Shown here: positions 54,439-64,000 of the stretch, in pieces
Layout of the letters: the number at the start of each line of letters is the position of its first letter
Numbering within the stretch: position 1 is the stretch's first letter
Translations under genes and position numbers: made by a program
Notes under the pieces: model-generated
The model's database searches: none
Seen by the model: the letters and a program-made list of their open reading frames with translations, nothing else
Told to the model about the DNA's origin: nothing
Assembly (NCBI GenBank): GCA_965203975.1
Contig: CBDBDT010000001.1
Location: forward strand, 648,029 to 712,028
Origin: Dehalococcoidia bacterium
Lineage (GTDB): Bacteria > Chloroflexota > Dehalococcoidia > Lucifugimonadales > UBA3495
DNA: 64,000 nucleotides
Direction of reading: 5' to 3'

Positions 54439-54599
54439 GATCCACATTCAATCGCACCCGGAAAGCCGCCCGCGCCTGTTCCCCTGGCATGAACGGAGCG
54501 TCGGCGGCTTTATTTCCGCCGCCCCGGGCCAATTGACCCGGCCCGACTCCCGCCCGGCCTTCGGCGGCGCCAATGCCAAGGAGTTTCCAAGGAGTTCCC

Positions 54600-55754
54600 A
54601 TGAGCGTCGCGTCAATTTTGGAAGCCGCCCCCAAGCTCGCCGAGGAATGGGCCTCGCAACGGGATGACCGGCAGAACCGCACCAAGGCTGACCCCGCCGA
54701 CTACGAACGGCTGCGCCAGTTGGGCTTCAACCTGATGGCCGTTCCCGTCGAGTTCGGCGGCTATTGGGAAGACCTGGCCCGCTCGGGCCGGTCCCTTTGC
54801 ACCGTCCTTCGGATGCTGGCCAAGGGGGACCCCTCCATCACCCTGTCCAGCTCCATGCACCAGGGAGTGCTGGCGTCGTGGCGCGTCCCCTCCGTGCCAG
54901 ACCCCTTCAATGAAGGATTCCAGAAGCAGCGCAAGGAGGTCTTCTCCACCGTCACCGACGGTTGCTGGTGGGGCACCATCGTTTCCGAACCCGGCAGCGG
55001 CGGCGATACCGGCCTGACCCGCGCCGGTTGTGTCCCCGAGGGCAATGGCCTGCTCAAGTATCGTCTCTCTGGACAGAAGCACTTCGGCAGCGGCTCCGGC
55101 CTCACATCGTTCATGACCACCCGGGCCGTGCCCCAGGGCGAGACCGCCCCCGACCTCTTCTTCATGGAAGTCCGGGACCAACCCTGGGACGGCAGCACCG
55201 GAATGAAGCTCGCCGCCGAGTGGCGCGGCCACGGCATGAAGTCCACCAACAGCCACGCCTTCGAGTTCACCGACTTCCCCGCCACCCGCATCGCCTGGCC
55301 CGGCCATCAGGCCGAGTTGATGAACAACAACAGCAGTCTCGGCGGCATCTCCTTCACCTCGGTCATCATGGGAGTGATCGACGCCGCCATGGAGTACTCC
55401 CGGGAACGCCTCAAGGCGAACCTGGCCCGCGGCTCCCGGCTCCGATCCCTCCAGCAGGTGGACTGGACCATGGCCGAGCAGGAAGCCTGGCTCATCGACC
55501 AGGCCTGGGAAGGCGCCATGCGGGTGGTGGACACCGGCACCCAGGACCGACGGGTCATGCTCATGTGCAAGGAAAACGTGGCCCGCCTCTCCGAGTCCGT
55601 CCTCAACCGCCTCTGCCGCATCGCTGGGGGCAACTCCTACACCTGGTACTCCCCCCTGGGTGCCTGGTTCGAGGACGTCCGCGCTCTTGGCTACCTACGT
55701 CCCCCTTGGGCTCTGGCCTACGACAACCTCTACAACTGGAGCGTGGAGAGCTAG
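54600..55754 (+). CDS. acyl-CoA dehydrogenase family protein
   Basis: ~385 aa. The overall pattern is ACAD/AidB-like (GSG...G..K.FGSGSG). Assignment is by general resemblance. Confidence 0.7.
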   Translation: MSVASILEAAPKLAEEWASQRDDRQNRTKADPADYERLRQLGFNLMAVPVEFGGYWEDLARSGRSLCTVLRMLAKGDPSITLSSSMHQGVLASWRVPSVPDPFNEGFQKQRKEVFSTVTDGCWWGTIVSEPGSGGDTGLTRAGCVPEGNGLLKYRLSGQKHFGSGSGLTSFMTTRAVPQGETAPDLFFMEVRDQPWDGSTGMKLAAEWRGHGMKSTNSHAFEFTDFPATRIAWPGHQAELMNNNSSLGGISFTSVIMGVIDAAMEYSRERLKANLARGSRLRSLQQVDWTMAEQEAWLIDQAWEGAMRVVDTGTQDRRVMLMCKENVARLSESVLNRLCRIAGGNSYTWYSPLGAWFEDVRALGYLRPPWALAYDNLYNWSVES

Positions 55755-55802
55755 GACCGACCGGCTCGGGCCGCTCTTCTGGAATCCCGCCGCCAACGAA
55801 CA

Positions 55803-55826
55803 GGGGCCGGACAATTGTCCGGCCCC
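55803..55826. terminator. perfect palindromic hairpin between convergent genes
   Basis: GGGGCCGGAC-AATT-GTCCGGCCCC. Confidence 0.5.
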
Positions 55827-55856
55827 GATGCTTGCCGTAGTCCCTGGTGCTCGGAC

Positions 55857-56300
55857 TCAGTAGTGGCGAAGCTCCACCACGTTGTCGTCGGGATCATAGA
55901 CGTACAGGGAAATCCCGTCGCCGTGGGATCCCCACCGCTTGCCGGGGCCGGCCTGTATGTCGACGCCCATCGCCTCGAAGCTGGCCTTCAATTCCTCCAT
56001 GTCGGTGGGCTCGATCACCATGCAGAAATGGTCCTGGTTCTTCGCCCCGTCCCGGCCGATGGGATCCTGATCGCTGCCGAAGAAGTCGATGATCGTGTCG
56101 GCGTTCAGCCGCGCCGACGGAAACCGGACCTCGCCGGCCCGCCACTGCTCGATGCGCTCCGGCTGCATTCCCAGGGTCTCGCAGTAGAACCGCAGCGACG
56201 TCTCCACGTCCTTTACCCGCAGGACAATATGGTCCATCTCGGTGATCTTGACCAGTGGTTGGCTCTGCCGCGCCACCGCGGTATCAGTCTGAGTAGCCAT
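55857..56300 (-). CDS. VOC (glyoxalase/bleomycin-resistance/dioxygenase) family protein
   Basis: MDHIVLRVKDVETSLRFYCETLGM pattern. Start at ATG 56300. Confidence 0.85.
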   Translation of the reverse strand: MATQTDTAVARQSQPLVKITEMDHIVLRVKDVETSLRFYCETLGMQPERIEQWRAGEVRFPSARLNADTIIDFFGSDQDPIGRDGAKNQDHFCMVIEPTDMEELKASFEAMGVDIQAGPGKRWGSHGDGISLYVYDPDDNVVELRHY

Positions 56301-56361
56301 TGCCGCCTCTCCTTCTTGATCGGGTTTGGGTTCAAAGGATACGTGGTTCGCGCCCGGCTTG

Positions 56362-57060
56362 CTATGCCGGCTGCGCGGCCCAGTCCACGCCGTTGAGGAT
56401 GATCTTCTGGAACTCGGGGGTCTCGAAGCTCCGCCCGTCGTGCCCCAGGAGACAGACGAAAACGTTCCCGTCCCCGTACTTCCGGGTCCAGCCCAGGGGA
56501 TAGGTCCCACCCGCCATGAAAGTCTCCACCCGGTTCGGACCCCAGGGCCAGGTGCCATCCTCAGCCGTTCCGGTAATGTAAACGTCGTTGCCGTCCCGGA
56601 TGGCCAGGTTCATGTACAGCTCGTCGTTGGTCGAGAAGTCCGATATGCCGCCGCAGCCGGCGTGGTCGGCATTGCTGACATTGACCGTGAACTGCCCATA
56701 GGGCGGGTGGTAGCTGGTGCCGGAAATCCAGCCGCCCCCGGTGATGTCATGGTACTCGGGCCAGTTGTCGGCGACGCAGGTGGAGATGTGGATGCAGACG
56801 AACCCCTTTCCCGACCGGATGAACCCGCTGAGCCCGTCCTGCTGCTCCTGGGTCATGCGCCAATCGCCGAAGTCGGGAACGTTCTCCCGGCGGGTGTTGA
56901 AGACGACAGCGTCGTATCCGCCCATCGCTCCACCGTCGGCCAGCACCGCGGCATCTTCCGTGACGGTTACGTCATGGCCGGCTCCCTTGAGGAAGGACTC
57001 CAGGATGGGGGTGGACTCCTCGTAGGGATGGCGTCCACCGGAAAGTACTAGAAGCTTCAT
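56362..57060 (-). CDS. ThuA-domain protein
   Basis: MKLLVLSGGRHPYEES... with class-I glutamine-amidotransferase-like ThuA architecture. Confidence 0.75.
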   Translation of the reverse strand: MKLLVLSGGRHPYEESTPILESFLKGAGHDVTVTEDAAVLADGGAMGGYDAVVFNTRRENVPDFGDWRMTQEQQDGLSGFIRSGKGFVCIHISTCVADNWPEYHDITGGGWISGTSYHPPYGQFTVNVSNADHAGCGGISDFSTNDELYMNLAIRDGNDVYITGTAEDGTWPWGPNRVETFMAGGTYPLGWTRKYGDGNVFVCLLGHDGRSFETPEFQKIILNGVDWAAQPA

Positions 57061-57160
57061 GTCCAGCTACCTCCGATTCATTAATGGACCTTGGCTCTCG
57101 GCATTATAGGGCCAACGCCGCCGGGTGTAAAAACCGGGCGGGTCATGCGTCCATTCCATT

Positions 57161-57190
57161 TTGACCGCCCAAAGTTGCCGGTGCTAAAAT
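57161..57190 (+). promoter_or_regulatory. sigma-70-like promoter candidate for yebC-ruvC-ruvA
   Basis: TTGACC - 18 nt - TAAAAT, about 70 nt upstream of ATG 57263. Confidence 0.4.
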
Positions 57191-57262
57191 CCCCGGAACC
57201 TTGGTCGGTCTGGCGCCGGTGCCAGCAAGCCATCGGTGCGGGCTGAATGGGAGGTGCAAGTC

Positions 57263-58027
57263 ATGTCAGGTCATTCGAAATGGTCCACCATCAAACGTCA
57301 GAAGGGCGCTAACGACGCCAAGCGGGGTGCGCTTTTCACCAAGCTTGCCCGCGATATCGTCCTGGCCGTCCGTGACGGCGGGGGCAGCGACCCGGAAATG
57401 AACTTCCGGCTCCGCCTTGCGGTGGACAAGGCCAAGTCCAATAACATGCCCCTGGACAGCATTACCCGCGCCATCCGCCGGGCCTCTGGCCAGGGCGAGG
57501 GGGTGGAGGAGTTTTCGGAGGTCACCTACGAGGGATACGGTCCCGGCGGCGGCGCGATTCTGCTCCAGGCCTTGACCACCAACCGCAACCGCACTGCCTC
57601 CGAGGTGCGGTCCGCCTTCAACCGGGGCGGCGGCAACCTTGGTGAAGCCGGCTGTGTGTCCTGGAACTTCGAGACCAAGGGCGTCATAACCCTGGAGGTC
57701 GACGACCCGGACCGGGCCGACGAGCTTAGCCTGGTCGCCATCGACGCCGAGTCCGACGACGTCAAGTACGAGGACGGACTCCTGGAAATCTACACCGCTC
57801 CGGAAAACCTCCAGTCGGTGCAGAGGGCTTTGGAGGCGGAATCCGCCGAGTTGGCGTCCTGCGACATCTCCCTCGTTCCCAAGGCCACCATCGCCCTGGA
57901 CGAGAAGGCCTCGGAACAGACCCTCCGCCTGCTGGACAGCCTGGAGGAACTGGCAGACGTCCAGAAGGCCTACACCAACGCCGACTTCCCGCCGGAGGTG
58001 TTGGAACAGTACCAGGCGGCAGCCTAG
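57263..58027 (+). CDS. YebC/PmpR family DNA-binding transcriptional regulator
   Basis: MSGHSKWSTIKRQKGANDAKRGALFTKLARDI is a canonical N-terminus. Confidence 0.95.
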   Translation: MSGHSKWSTIKRQKGANDAKRGALFTKLARDIVLAVRDGGGSDPEMNFRLRLAVDKAKSNNMPLDSITRAIRRASGQGEGVEEFSEVTYEGYGPGGGAILLQALTTNRNRTASEVRSAFNRGGGNLGEAGCVSWNFETKGVITLEVDDPDRADELSLVAIDAESDDVKYEDGLLEIYTAPENLQSVQRALEAESAELASCDISLVPKATIALDEKASEQTLRLLDSLEELADVQKAYTNADFPPEVLEQYQAAA

Positions 58028-58549
58028 ATGCGCGTCCTAGCCATCGATCCCGGCACCGTTGCCATGGGATACGGGGTGGTCGACTCGGGCCCTCCGACCG
58101 ATGCCGACGACTACGGTGTCCTGCGGCTGCCCCGGTCGATGCCCCTGGAAGAGCGCCTGTACCAGCTGCACACCCACATCCTGAACATGATCAACATCTT
58201 CCACCCCGACGCCGTCGCCGTGGAAGAGCCTTTCGTGGGCCGGGGGGAACGCCAGTTTGTCGGGCCCGCCATCGCCGTCGGGCAGGCCCAGGCCCTGGTT
58301 TTCATCGGAGCGGCCAGCCAGAACGTCCCGGTGTTCCGTTACAGTCCCGCCCAGATCAAGCTGGCCGTGACCGACTATGGTGGAGCGACCAAGGAACAAA
58401 TGCAGCAGACCGCTGCGTCCACCCTCGGCCTCCATGAAGTGCCCTCCTCCGACGCCGCCGACGCCCTCTGCGTTGGGTTGTGCCACCTCATCAGCCAGCA
58501 GGCCGTGACGGCCCTTGACCGGATAATTCCCCCCGGCCAGGAGCGTTGA
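58028..58549 (+). CDS. ruvC: crossover junction endodeoxyribonuclease RuvC
   Basis: MRVLAIDPGTVAMGYGV start (catalytic D). 173 aa. Confidence 0.9.
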   Translation: MRVLAIDPGTVAMGYGVVDSGPPTDADDYGVLRLPRSMPLEERLYQLHTHILNMINIFHPDAVAVEEPFVGRGERQFVGPAIAVGQAQALVFIGAASQNVPVFRYSPAQIKLAVTDYGGATKEQMQQTAASTLGLHEVPSSDAADALCVGLCHLISQQAVTALDRIIPPGQER

Positions 58550-58553
58550 ACGC

Positions 58554-59135
58554 TTGATAACCGGGGTGAGCGGCGTCCTGCAGGGCGTTGGCCCGGATAG
58601 CGTCCATATCCAGGTGGGCGGGGTGACCCTGCAGGTGTTCGTGCCGTCCTCGGTGCCGCCGTCCCTGGGCGCCCAGGGCAGCGCGGTGCAGCTGTTCACC
58701 CACCTGCGGATCCGGGAAGACCAGCCCGTCCTCTACGGGTTCGCCACCGAGGCTGACCGCGATGCCTTCCTGCTCCTGATGACCGTTTCCGGAATCGGCC
58801 CCCGCCACTCCCTGGGACTGCTGGGAACCTTGGGAGTCTCCGGAGTCCAGCAGGCCATCGAGGCCGGCGACGTGGCCGCCCTCAGCGTTGCTCCCGGCAT
58901 CGGCCGGCGCACCGCCGGAAGGCTGGTTCTGGAACTCAAGGGCATGGTCGTTGCCACCGAGACCGGCGCTTCTCCTGTCGCCGACGGTTCCGCCGGCGAG
59001 GTGGTCGAAGCCCTCATGGCCCTCGGCTACTCCGCCACCGAGGCGAGGCGGTCCCTTAACGGCCTGGACGCTCCTGCCGACGCTACGGTCGAGGAACGCA
59101 TCCGGCTTGCGTTGATGCAGTTGGCGGGGGGGTAG
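58554..59135 (+). CDS. ruvA: Holliday junction DNA helicase subunit RuvA
   Basis: TTG start. MITGVSGVL...HLRIREDQPVLYGF...LLMTVSGIGPR (HhH) pattern. Confidence 0.9.
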   Translation: MITGVSGVLQGVGPDSVHIQVGGVTLQVFVPSSVPPSLGAQGSAVQLFTHLRIREDQPVLYGFATEADRDAFLLLMTVSGIGPRHSLGLLGTLGVSGVQQAIEAGDVAALSVAPGIGRRTAGRLVLELKGMVVATETGASPVADGSAGEVVEALMALGYSATEARRSLNGLDAPADATVEERIRLALMQLAGG

Positions 59136-59137
59136 GT

Positions 59138-59689
59138 ATGGCCCATTCCACATGCGGGCAAATGTTCAATGCTGGAAAGACTCTGTTGGAGCAAAGCGGG
59201 TTGGTTGTCTGGACTGCCGACGGGGATTTTGGTTCCAAGTACCCGGGGTTGAACGATTGCCAGTTTGAGAAATGCGCCGCAAAAAGATTTGGTGGCGAGT
59301 TTGGACGGTATATTTCTTGGGTAATGTTCTCGGTTGGGGCGGAAAACTTGGCGAAGGCCGCGTGCGTTTGCAACGGGATAGTGTCGAAGTCCCCGCCAAA
59401 TCTTGACTACGGTACTCTTGGAGATTATTGGAAAGGTAGGCCAAAGGAAACACCTTATCTGAAACAGCTTTGCGAGAAGCGATCTGTTTTGTATACCGAT
59501 TCAGCGAATTTGCTCAATGGTTATCGATACCTTACTCAGAAGATCAGGAACAGGGATACTCATACCTACATCCCGAATGTTCGGAGAAACGATTTCCCCA
59601 AAGTAGAATTAACCTTCGTTCCAGCGTTCAACATCCTGGTCGAGACAATGAAAAAGAATGGGCATTTCGGGGGTTCAAACCATGCCTGA
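59138..59689 (+). CDS. AT-rich 183-aa protein with HEPN-like R-N-x-x-x-H motif, unknown family
   Basis: Hand-counted lines inside give 42-55% GC, against ~73% in the adjacent ruvA line. RNRDTH at nt 59546..59563. Helix-like [11 protein letters not shown] upstream. 2-nt gap to ruvA and 8-nt overlap with uvrB. Confidence 0.6.
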   Translation: MAHSTCGQMFNAGKTLLEQSGLVVWTADGDFGSKYPGLNDCQFEKCAAKRFGGEFGRYISWVMFSVGAENLAKAACVCNGIVSKSPPNLDYGTLGDYWKGRPKETPYLKQLCEKRSVLYTDSANLLNGYRYLTQKIRNRDTHTYIPNVRRNDFPKVELTFVPAFNILVETMKKNGHFGGSNHA

Positions 59690-61709
59690 ATTCCAACTGG
59701 TGTCCGATTTCCAAATGACCGGCGACCAGCCCTTGGCCGTCCAGAAGTTGGTGGGCGGGGTGCGGGAGGGGATGGAGCACCAAACGCTGATGGGTGTCAC
59801 CGGAAGCGGCAAAACCTTCACCATGGCCAACATCATCCAGGAGGTTCAGCGCCCTACCCTGGTGCTGGCCCACAACAAGACCCTGGCCGCCCAGCTCGCT
59901 TCCGAGTTCAAGGAGTTCTTCCCCAACAACGCCGTCGAGTACTTTGTCTCCTACTACGACTACTACCAGCCGGAAGCCTACGTCCCCCAGTCCGACACCT
60001 ACGTCGAAAAGGACGCCAGTGTCAACGAGGAACTGGACAAGCTCCGTCTGGCTGCCACCACGTCCCTGCTGACACGCCGTGATGTGCTGATCGTGGCCTC
60101 CGTTTCCTGCATCTACGGCCTGGGCGACCCGTCTGATTACTTCAACCTGGTTGCCAAGGTGGAAGTCGGCGAGATTCGCGACCGCAGCCGCCTGCTCCGC
60201 CAGCTCATCGACATGCAGTACGAGCGCAACGACTATGACCTGGCGCGGGGACGGTTCCGCGTCCGCGGTGACACCCTGGAGATCGTGCCCGCCTACGAGG
60301 AACTGGCCGTCCGGATCCAGTTCTTCGGCGACGAGGTGGAGAAAATCGTCGAAATCGACCCGCTGACCGGGGAGTTGCTGGCCCAGCGGCAGGAGACCGC
60401 CATCTACCCGGCCAAGCACTTTGTCACCACCCAGGAACGCTTGGGCCTGGCCGTCAAGGACATCGAGGTCGAACTGGAAGAGCGCCTGCGCGACCTGCGC
60501 GCCCAGGACAAGATCCTGGAGGCCGCTCGCCTGGAGTCCCGCACCAACTACGATCTGGAAATGCTGCGGGAAGCCGGGTTCTGCCACGGCATCGAGAACT
60601 ATTCCTGCCACCTCGCCCGCCGCCACCAGCACCGGGACGGCAAGTTCGCCGTGACCTGCGGCTCCACCCCCTGGACCCTGCTGGACTATTTCCCTGAAGA
60701 CTTCCTCATGTTCATCGACGAGTCCCACATGACCCTGCCCCAGGTCCGCGGCATGTACCACGGCGACGTATCCCGCAAAAACACCCTCGTTGACTACGGT
60801 TTCCGGCTACCCTCCGCTGTGGACAACCGCCCGCTGAACTTCGGAGAGTTCGAACAGCGGATCAACCAGGTGGTCTTCGTTTCCGCCACGCCCGGCCCCT
60901 ACGAGATGGAGCACAGCGCGGCGGTCGTGGAGCAGGTCATCCGGCCCACCGGGCTGCTGGACCCCACCATCGAGGTCAAGTCCACCGCCGGCCAGATCGA
61001 CGACCTCCTCCAGAACATCAAGCAGCGGGTGGACGTGGGCCAGCGTTGTCTCGTGACCACCCTGACCAAGCGTATGTCCGAGGAGCTGGCCGACTACCTG
61101 TCGGAGATGGGAATCCGCAACCACTACCTCCATTCCGACATCGAAACCCTCAACCGGATCGAAATCCTCCGCGACCTGCGCCTCGGCGTCTACGATGTAA
61201 TCGTGGGCATCAACCTGCTGCGGGAGGGCCTGGATCTCCCTGAGGTGAGCTTGGTGGCCATCCTGGACGCCGACAAGGAGGGTTATCTCCGGTCCACGAC
61301 TTCCCTGATCCAGACCATCGGGCGCGCGGCCCGCCACTCCGATGGCCACGTCATCATGTACGCCGACCGTATAACTGACTCCATGAAGCTTGCCCTGGAC
61401 GAGACGGCCCGGCGGCGGGAAATCCAGCACGCCTTCAACCAGCGTAACGGGATCGAACCCCAGAGCATCCAAAAGGCCGTCCATGACATAACCGACAGCA
61501 TCAAAATGGTGGCCGAGCAGAAAGCCGGCTACCAGGTGGCCCGTCAGGAGATGTCCCGCGATGACATGTTCCGGGTGGTCAAGGACCTGGACTTCCAGAT
61601 GAAGGAAGCCGCCCGCAACCTCGAGTTCGAGAAGGCCGCGGCCCTCCGGGATGAAATGTTCGAGCTTCGCCGCCTGCTCGCCGTCGAGGAAAAGACCCTC
61701 AGCGTGTAA
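59682..61709 (+). CDS. uvrB: excinuclease ABC subunit B
   Basis: [20 protein letters not shown]...[13 protein letters not shown] and C-terminal UVR domain [12 protein letters not shown]. Confidence 0.97.
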   Translation: MPEFQLVSDFQMTGDQPLAVQKLVGGVREGMEHQTLMGVTGSGKTFTMANIIQEVQRPTLVLAHNKTLAAQLASEFKEFFPNNAVEYFVSYYDYYQPEAYVPQSDTYVEKDASVNEELDKLRLAATTSLLTRRDVLIVASVSCIYGLGDPSDYFNLVAKVEVGEIRDRSRLLRQLIDMQYERNDYDLARGRFRVRGDTLEIVPAYEELAVRIQFFGDEVEKIVEIDPLTGELLAQRQETAIYPAKHFVTTQERLGLAVKDIEVELEERLRDLRAQDKILEAARLESRTNYDLEMLREAGFCHGIENYSCHLARRHQHRDGKFAVTCGSTPWTLLDYFPEDFLMFIDESHMTLPQVRGMYHGDVSRKNTLVDYGFRLPSAVDNRPLNFGEFEQRINQVVFVSATPGPYEMEHSAAVVEQVIRPTGLLDPTIEVKSTAGQIDDLLQNIKQRVDVGQRCLVTTLTKRMSEELADYLSEMGIRNHYLHSDIETLNRIEILRDLRLGVYDVIVGINLLREGLDLPEVSLVAILDADKEGYLRSTTSLIQTIGRAARHSDGHVIMYADRITDSMKLALDETARRREIQHAFNQRNGIEPQSIQKAVHDITDSIKMVAEQKAGYQVARQEMSRDDMFRVVKDLDFQMKEAARNLEFEKAAALRDEMFELRRLLAVEEKTLSV

Positions 61710-61744
61710 TTCCGCAGCTTCTGTCCGGGAGGTTCAGTAGTCCG

Positions 61745-61999
61745 TCACCGGTACGCTTCCCGCCGGTGCAACACTCTGAGTATCGTGACTACCCCGCGCG
61801 GGTAGTCGAAGGTTAGCAGTACCCGCCAGTCGCCTACTCTAAGGCGCCACCTTTGTCCAAGTCCTTGCAACTTGATAACGTCTCCCCGCTCCGCCTCGGC
61901 AAACTCCAAAAGTGCGATGCGAATTCTGTCGGCCGTAGCTCGCTCTAACCTGCGGAAATCCCTCGAGGCAGCGGCTTCCCATTCGATCTCCCAGGTCAC
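61745..61999 (-). CDS. RelE/ParE family type II toxin
   Basis: 84 aa with ...RLRVGDWRVLLTF...VTILRVLHRREAY pattern. ATGA overlap with the upstream antitoxin gene. Confidence 0.85.
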   Translation of the reverse strand: MTWEIEWEAAASRDFRRLERATADRIRIALLEFAEAERGDVIKLQGLGQRWRLRVGDWRVLLTFDYPRGVVTILRVLHRREAYR

Positions 62000-62250
62000 A
62001 GGCCGAGTTCTCGCATCAATTCCTCGTGGGGAATGGCTGGTTCCCCTCGTGCGATGGACTCCATGGCCTCCTCAAGGGCCTCTATTTCGTCCTCTTCTGG
62101 CTCCTCCTCTGGTGCGTTGAGGAGCGCCCGCAGCAGCGGATCGTGTTCCGCTAGACGTTCCAGCAAGGCTTGGTGGACTGCGGCCCACTCACATTCCGGA
62201 AGTCGGTCCACCAGAGCGTGGAGTGTTGTTTTATCAATTTGTCCAATCAT
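61996..62250 (-). CDS. cognate antitoxin (unclassified)
   Basis: Small acidic protein overlapping the toxin start. The start is ATG 62250, or GTG 62280 overlapping the upstream stop. Confidence 0.6.
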   Translation of the reverse strand: MIGQIDKTTLHALVDRLPECEWAAVHQALLERLAEHDPLLRALLNAPEEEPEEDEIEALEEAMESIARGEPAIPHEELMRELGL

Positions 62251-62276
62251 GGCCCTTTCCTGTTTCCTGGGTGTGG

Positions 62277-63131
62277 TCACTCTGCCCCGCCTTTAACCAC
62301 CCGGTGCAGCCGTTCCAGCACCGCCGCGTTCTCGTCCAGGCTGAAGTTGTCCACGTAGTATTTGCTGTCGCCGCTGGTCCCGTCCACAGCTCCCCGGTCA
62401 ACCAGGTGGGTAATCAGCCGCCGGTCCTCCTCGATTGACGGAAGCAGGTTCCTCCCGGACAGCCGGGACAGCGCGGCCACCAACCCGTACCCGCCCCAGT
62501 TGGAGACGCTGGCCAGGATCAGCCGGTCCACCCTCGTCACCGCCGGGTCGGGAGGCAAGGTCGCCACCGTGGGAATAACCTCGGCCAGGTTGCCCATCCC
62601 TATCTCGTTCCCGCCGTCCCCGATGCCCACCGACGGGATGCCAGCCTCGAAGAAGTAGTCCAGCCGGGCGGTGTGCTCGGTGATATCCCGGTACCGCATG
62701 TTCAGGTATGCGTCCGAACCGGTCCGCCCGCACCGCTCGATGGAAATAACCAGCCCCGGCCGAATTCGCTCCAGTACCGCCGCCGTCTCGCGCTTGCTGG
62801 TCGCCACGTCGGCAATGGGAAACTCGATAACCTCGGCCCGGTCTTCCAGCCATTCCCTCATCGACGGAGCGGAGTGGCGGTCGGTTACATAAGTCACCTG
62901 CCGGCCCAGCGCCTGCAGAGCGTTCCCGATGGCGACGGCTCCCGGCGGCCCGTCCGTCTCGTGCTTTCCTGCCGACAGGATGTAGAACCCGGTAGCGATG
63001 ATAGCCGGACCCGGGTGGTCGAGGACGTACTGCGCTGCCAGCGTGCAGAAATCCTCCGCAACGTGCCCCCGCAGGTGGGAAACCCCCCGCTGGTCCTGGT
63101 CCAGGATGATGTCTTCGATGGTCTCGGCCAT
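62277..63131 (-). CDS. DUF4392 (D-glutamate-cyclase-like) domain protein
   Basis: PAIIATGFYILSAGKHETDGPPGAVAIG and SVGIGDGGNEIGMGN pattern. Confidence 0.8.
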   Translation of the reverse strand: MAETIEDIILDQDQRGVSHLRGHVAEDFCTLAAQYVLDHPGPAIIATGFYILSAGKHETDGPPGAVAIGNALQALGRQVTYVTDRHSAPSMREWLEDRAEVIEFPIADVATSKRETAAVLERIRPGLVISIERCGRTGSDAYLNMRYRDITEHTARLDYFFEAGIPSVGIGDGGNEIGMGNLAEVIPTVATLPPDPAVTRVDRLILASVSNWGGYGLVAALSRLSGRNLLPSIEEDRRLITHLVDRGAVDGTSGDSKYYVDNFSLDENAAVLERLHRVVKGGAE

Positions 63132-63137
63132 GGCCGC

Positions 63138-63932
63138 CTAGAGCACCGCCACGTCTGCGTCCCGCTGGTCGGTGATAAACATGTGGCCCGGCGCGTGGGT
63201 TATCATCAATGGCGGTTTGGAGTTTAAAGCAACGGCCTGGGGTGTCACGCCGCAGGCCCAGAACACCGGCTCTTCGCCCGGCCGGACTTCCACCCCATCC
63301 CCGAAATCAGGACGGTCAATGTCGGATATTCCGATAGCCTCTGGATTCCCTATGTGGACCGGGGCGCCGTGGGTGGCGGGGAACCGGGATGTCACCTGCA
63401 CCGCCCGCACGATCTGGTCCCGGGGTATCGGCCTCATGCTCACCACCATTGGGCCGGAAAACACCCCGGCCGGCGTGGCCGGAATGTTGGTGATGTACAT
63501 GGGCACGTTGCATCCCATCGTCTGGTGCCGCAGCTCAATCCCGGCATCCGTCATTGCCTGCTCGAAAGAGAAGCTGCACCCCAGCAGGAACGACACTAAG
63601 TCGTCGTCCCAGTGGTCCACCAGCGACGGGACTTCCGCCGAGAATTGTCCCTCCTCGTAGATGCGGTATCCGGGAACGTCGGTGCGGATGTCCGCTCCGG
63701 GAGCGGTCAACGTCGGCTCCACGCTGCCGGCTTCTATGACTTCTAGGAGAGGACATGGCTTCGGGTTGCGCTGGCAGAACAGCAGGAAGTCGAATGCCAG
63801 ATCCTTGGGAAGAATCGCCAGGTTGGCCTGCACATGCCCGGGTGCCACTCCCGAAGTCACCCCCCGCCACGCGCCGGTGCGGATCAGGTGTCGGACCTCG
63901 GCGGGTTTTTGGGGAAGCGCGGTCGTGGTCAT
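63138..63932 (-). CDS. UPF0317/DUF1445 putative hydro-lyase
   Basis: [49 protein letters not shown] is a canonical DUF1445 pattern. Confidence 0.85.
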   Translation of the reverse strand: MTTTALPQKPAEVRHLIRTGAWRGVTSGVAPGHVQANLAILPKDLAFDFLLFCQRNPKPCPLLEVIEAGSVEPTLTAPGADIRTDVPGYRIYEEGQFSAEVPSLVDHWDDDLVSFLLGCSFSFEQAMTDAGIELRHQTMGCNVPMYITNIPATPAGVFSGPMVVSMRPIPRDQIVRAVQVTSRFPATHGAPVHIGNPEAIGISDIDRPDFGDGVEVRPGEEPVFWACGVTPQAVALNSKPPLMITHAPGHMFITDQRDADVAVL

Positions 63933-64000
63933 GGCCTGCCCTCAGTGTGCCCTCAATGGAGAATCTCTGTCCGGGCCATCATAGGTTGCCGCCTATACGC

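Noticed and set aside
1-64000. CRISPR arrays, rRNA genes, tRNA genes, IS elements or integrases
   Set aside because: By eye I found no regularly spaced direct repeats, no rRNA-like conserved blocks, no convincing cloverleaf with a T-loop motif, and no transposase or integrase-like ORF. tRNAscan-SE, Infernal and ISEScan would be needed to be sure.

Overview
This is a high-GC bacterial chromosomal window. Hand-counted 60-nt lines in core genes give about 57-73% GC. I call about 70 protein genes on both strands and recognised no rRNA, tRNA or CRISPR array. Most of the content is housekeeping or metabolic: rpsP-KH-rimM, fmt, htpX, etfBA, panC plus DUF2520-panB, serC, yebC-ruvC-ruvA, uvrB, 2-oxoacid dehydrogenase E1 alpha/beta, several LLM/F420-type, Rieske, SDR and TPP enzymes, GH15, an S9 peptidase, GT4, DedA and DinB. 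The gene content (DUF5679-type zinc ribbon, many LLM/Rieske enzymes) is compatible with Chloroflexota or a similar lineage, but that is only a guess. Because of the high GC, the six-frame track is full of long antisense shadow ORFs, which I discarded. Many start codons were moved inward to ATG/GTG/TTG with a Shine-Dalgarno sequence and are approximate.

Items worth a second look:
1. An OsmC-family gene is split in the track by a single in-frame TGA exactly at the catalytic Cys position, and a SECIS-like hairpin follows. It is a selenoprotein candidate.
2. A divergent tubulin/FtsZ-superfamily GTPase carries the tubulin-type AGGTGSG signature. It lies outside any division cluster and has a membrane-anchored partner gene downstream.
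3. A stand-alone HAS-barrel-like protein is translationally coupled to a HerA/FtsK-type ATPase, with no nuclease partner, wedged into the pantothenate genes.
4. Three AT-richer insertions carry defence-type cargo. The first holds a GmrSD-like DUF262/DUF1524 gene. The second holds a UDG-like gene, decayed R-M remnants, vapBC and an orphan vapB. The third is an RNxxxH HEPN-like ORF wedged between ruvA and uvrB where ruvB would be expected.
5. A 117-nt rod-like hairpin with a perfect 15-bp closing stem lies in the rpsP/fmt intergenic region.
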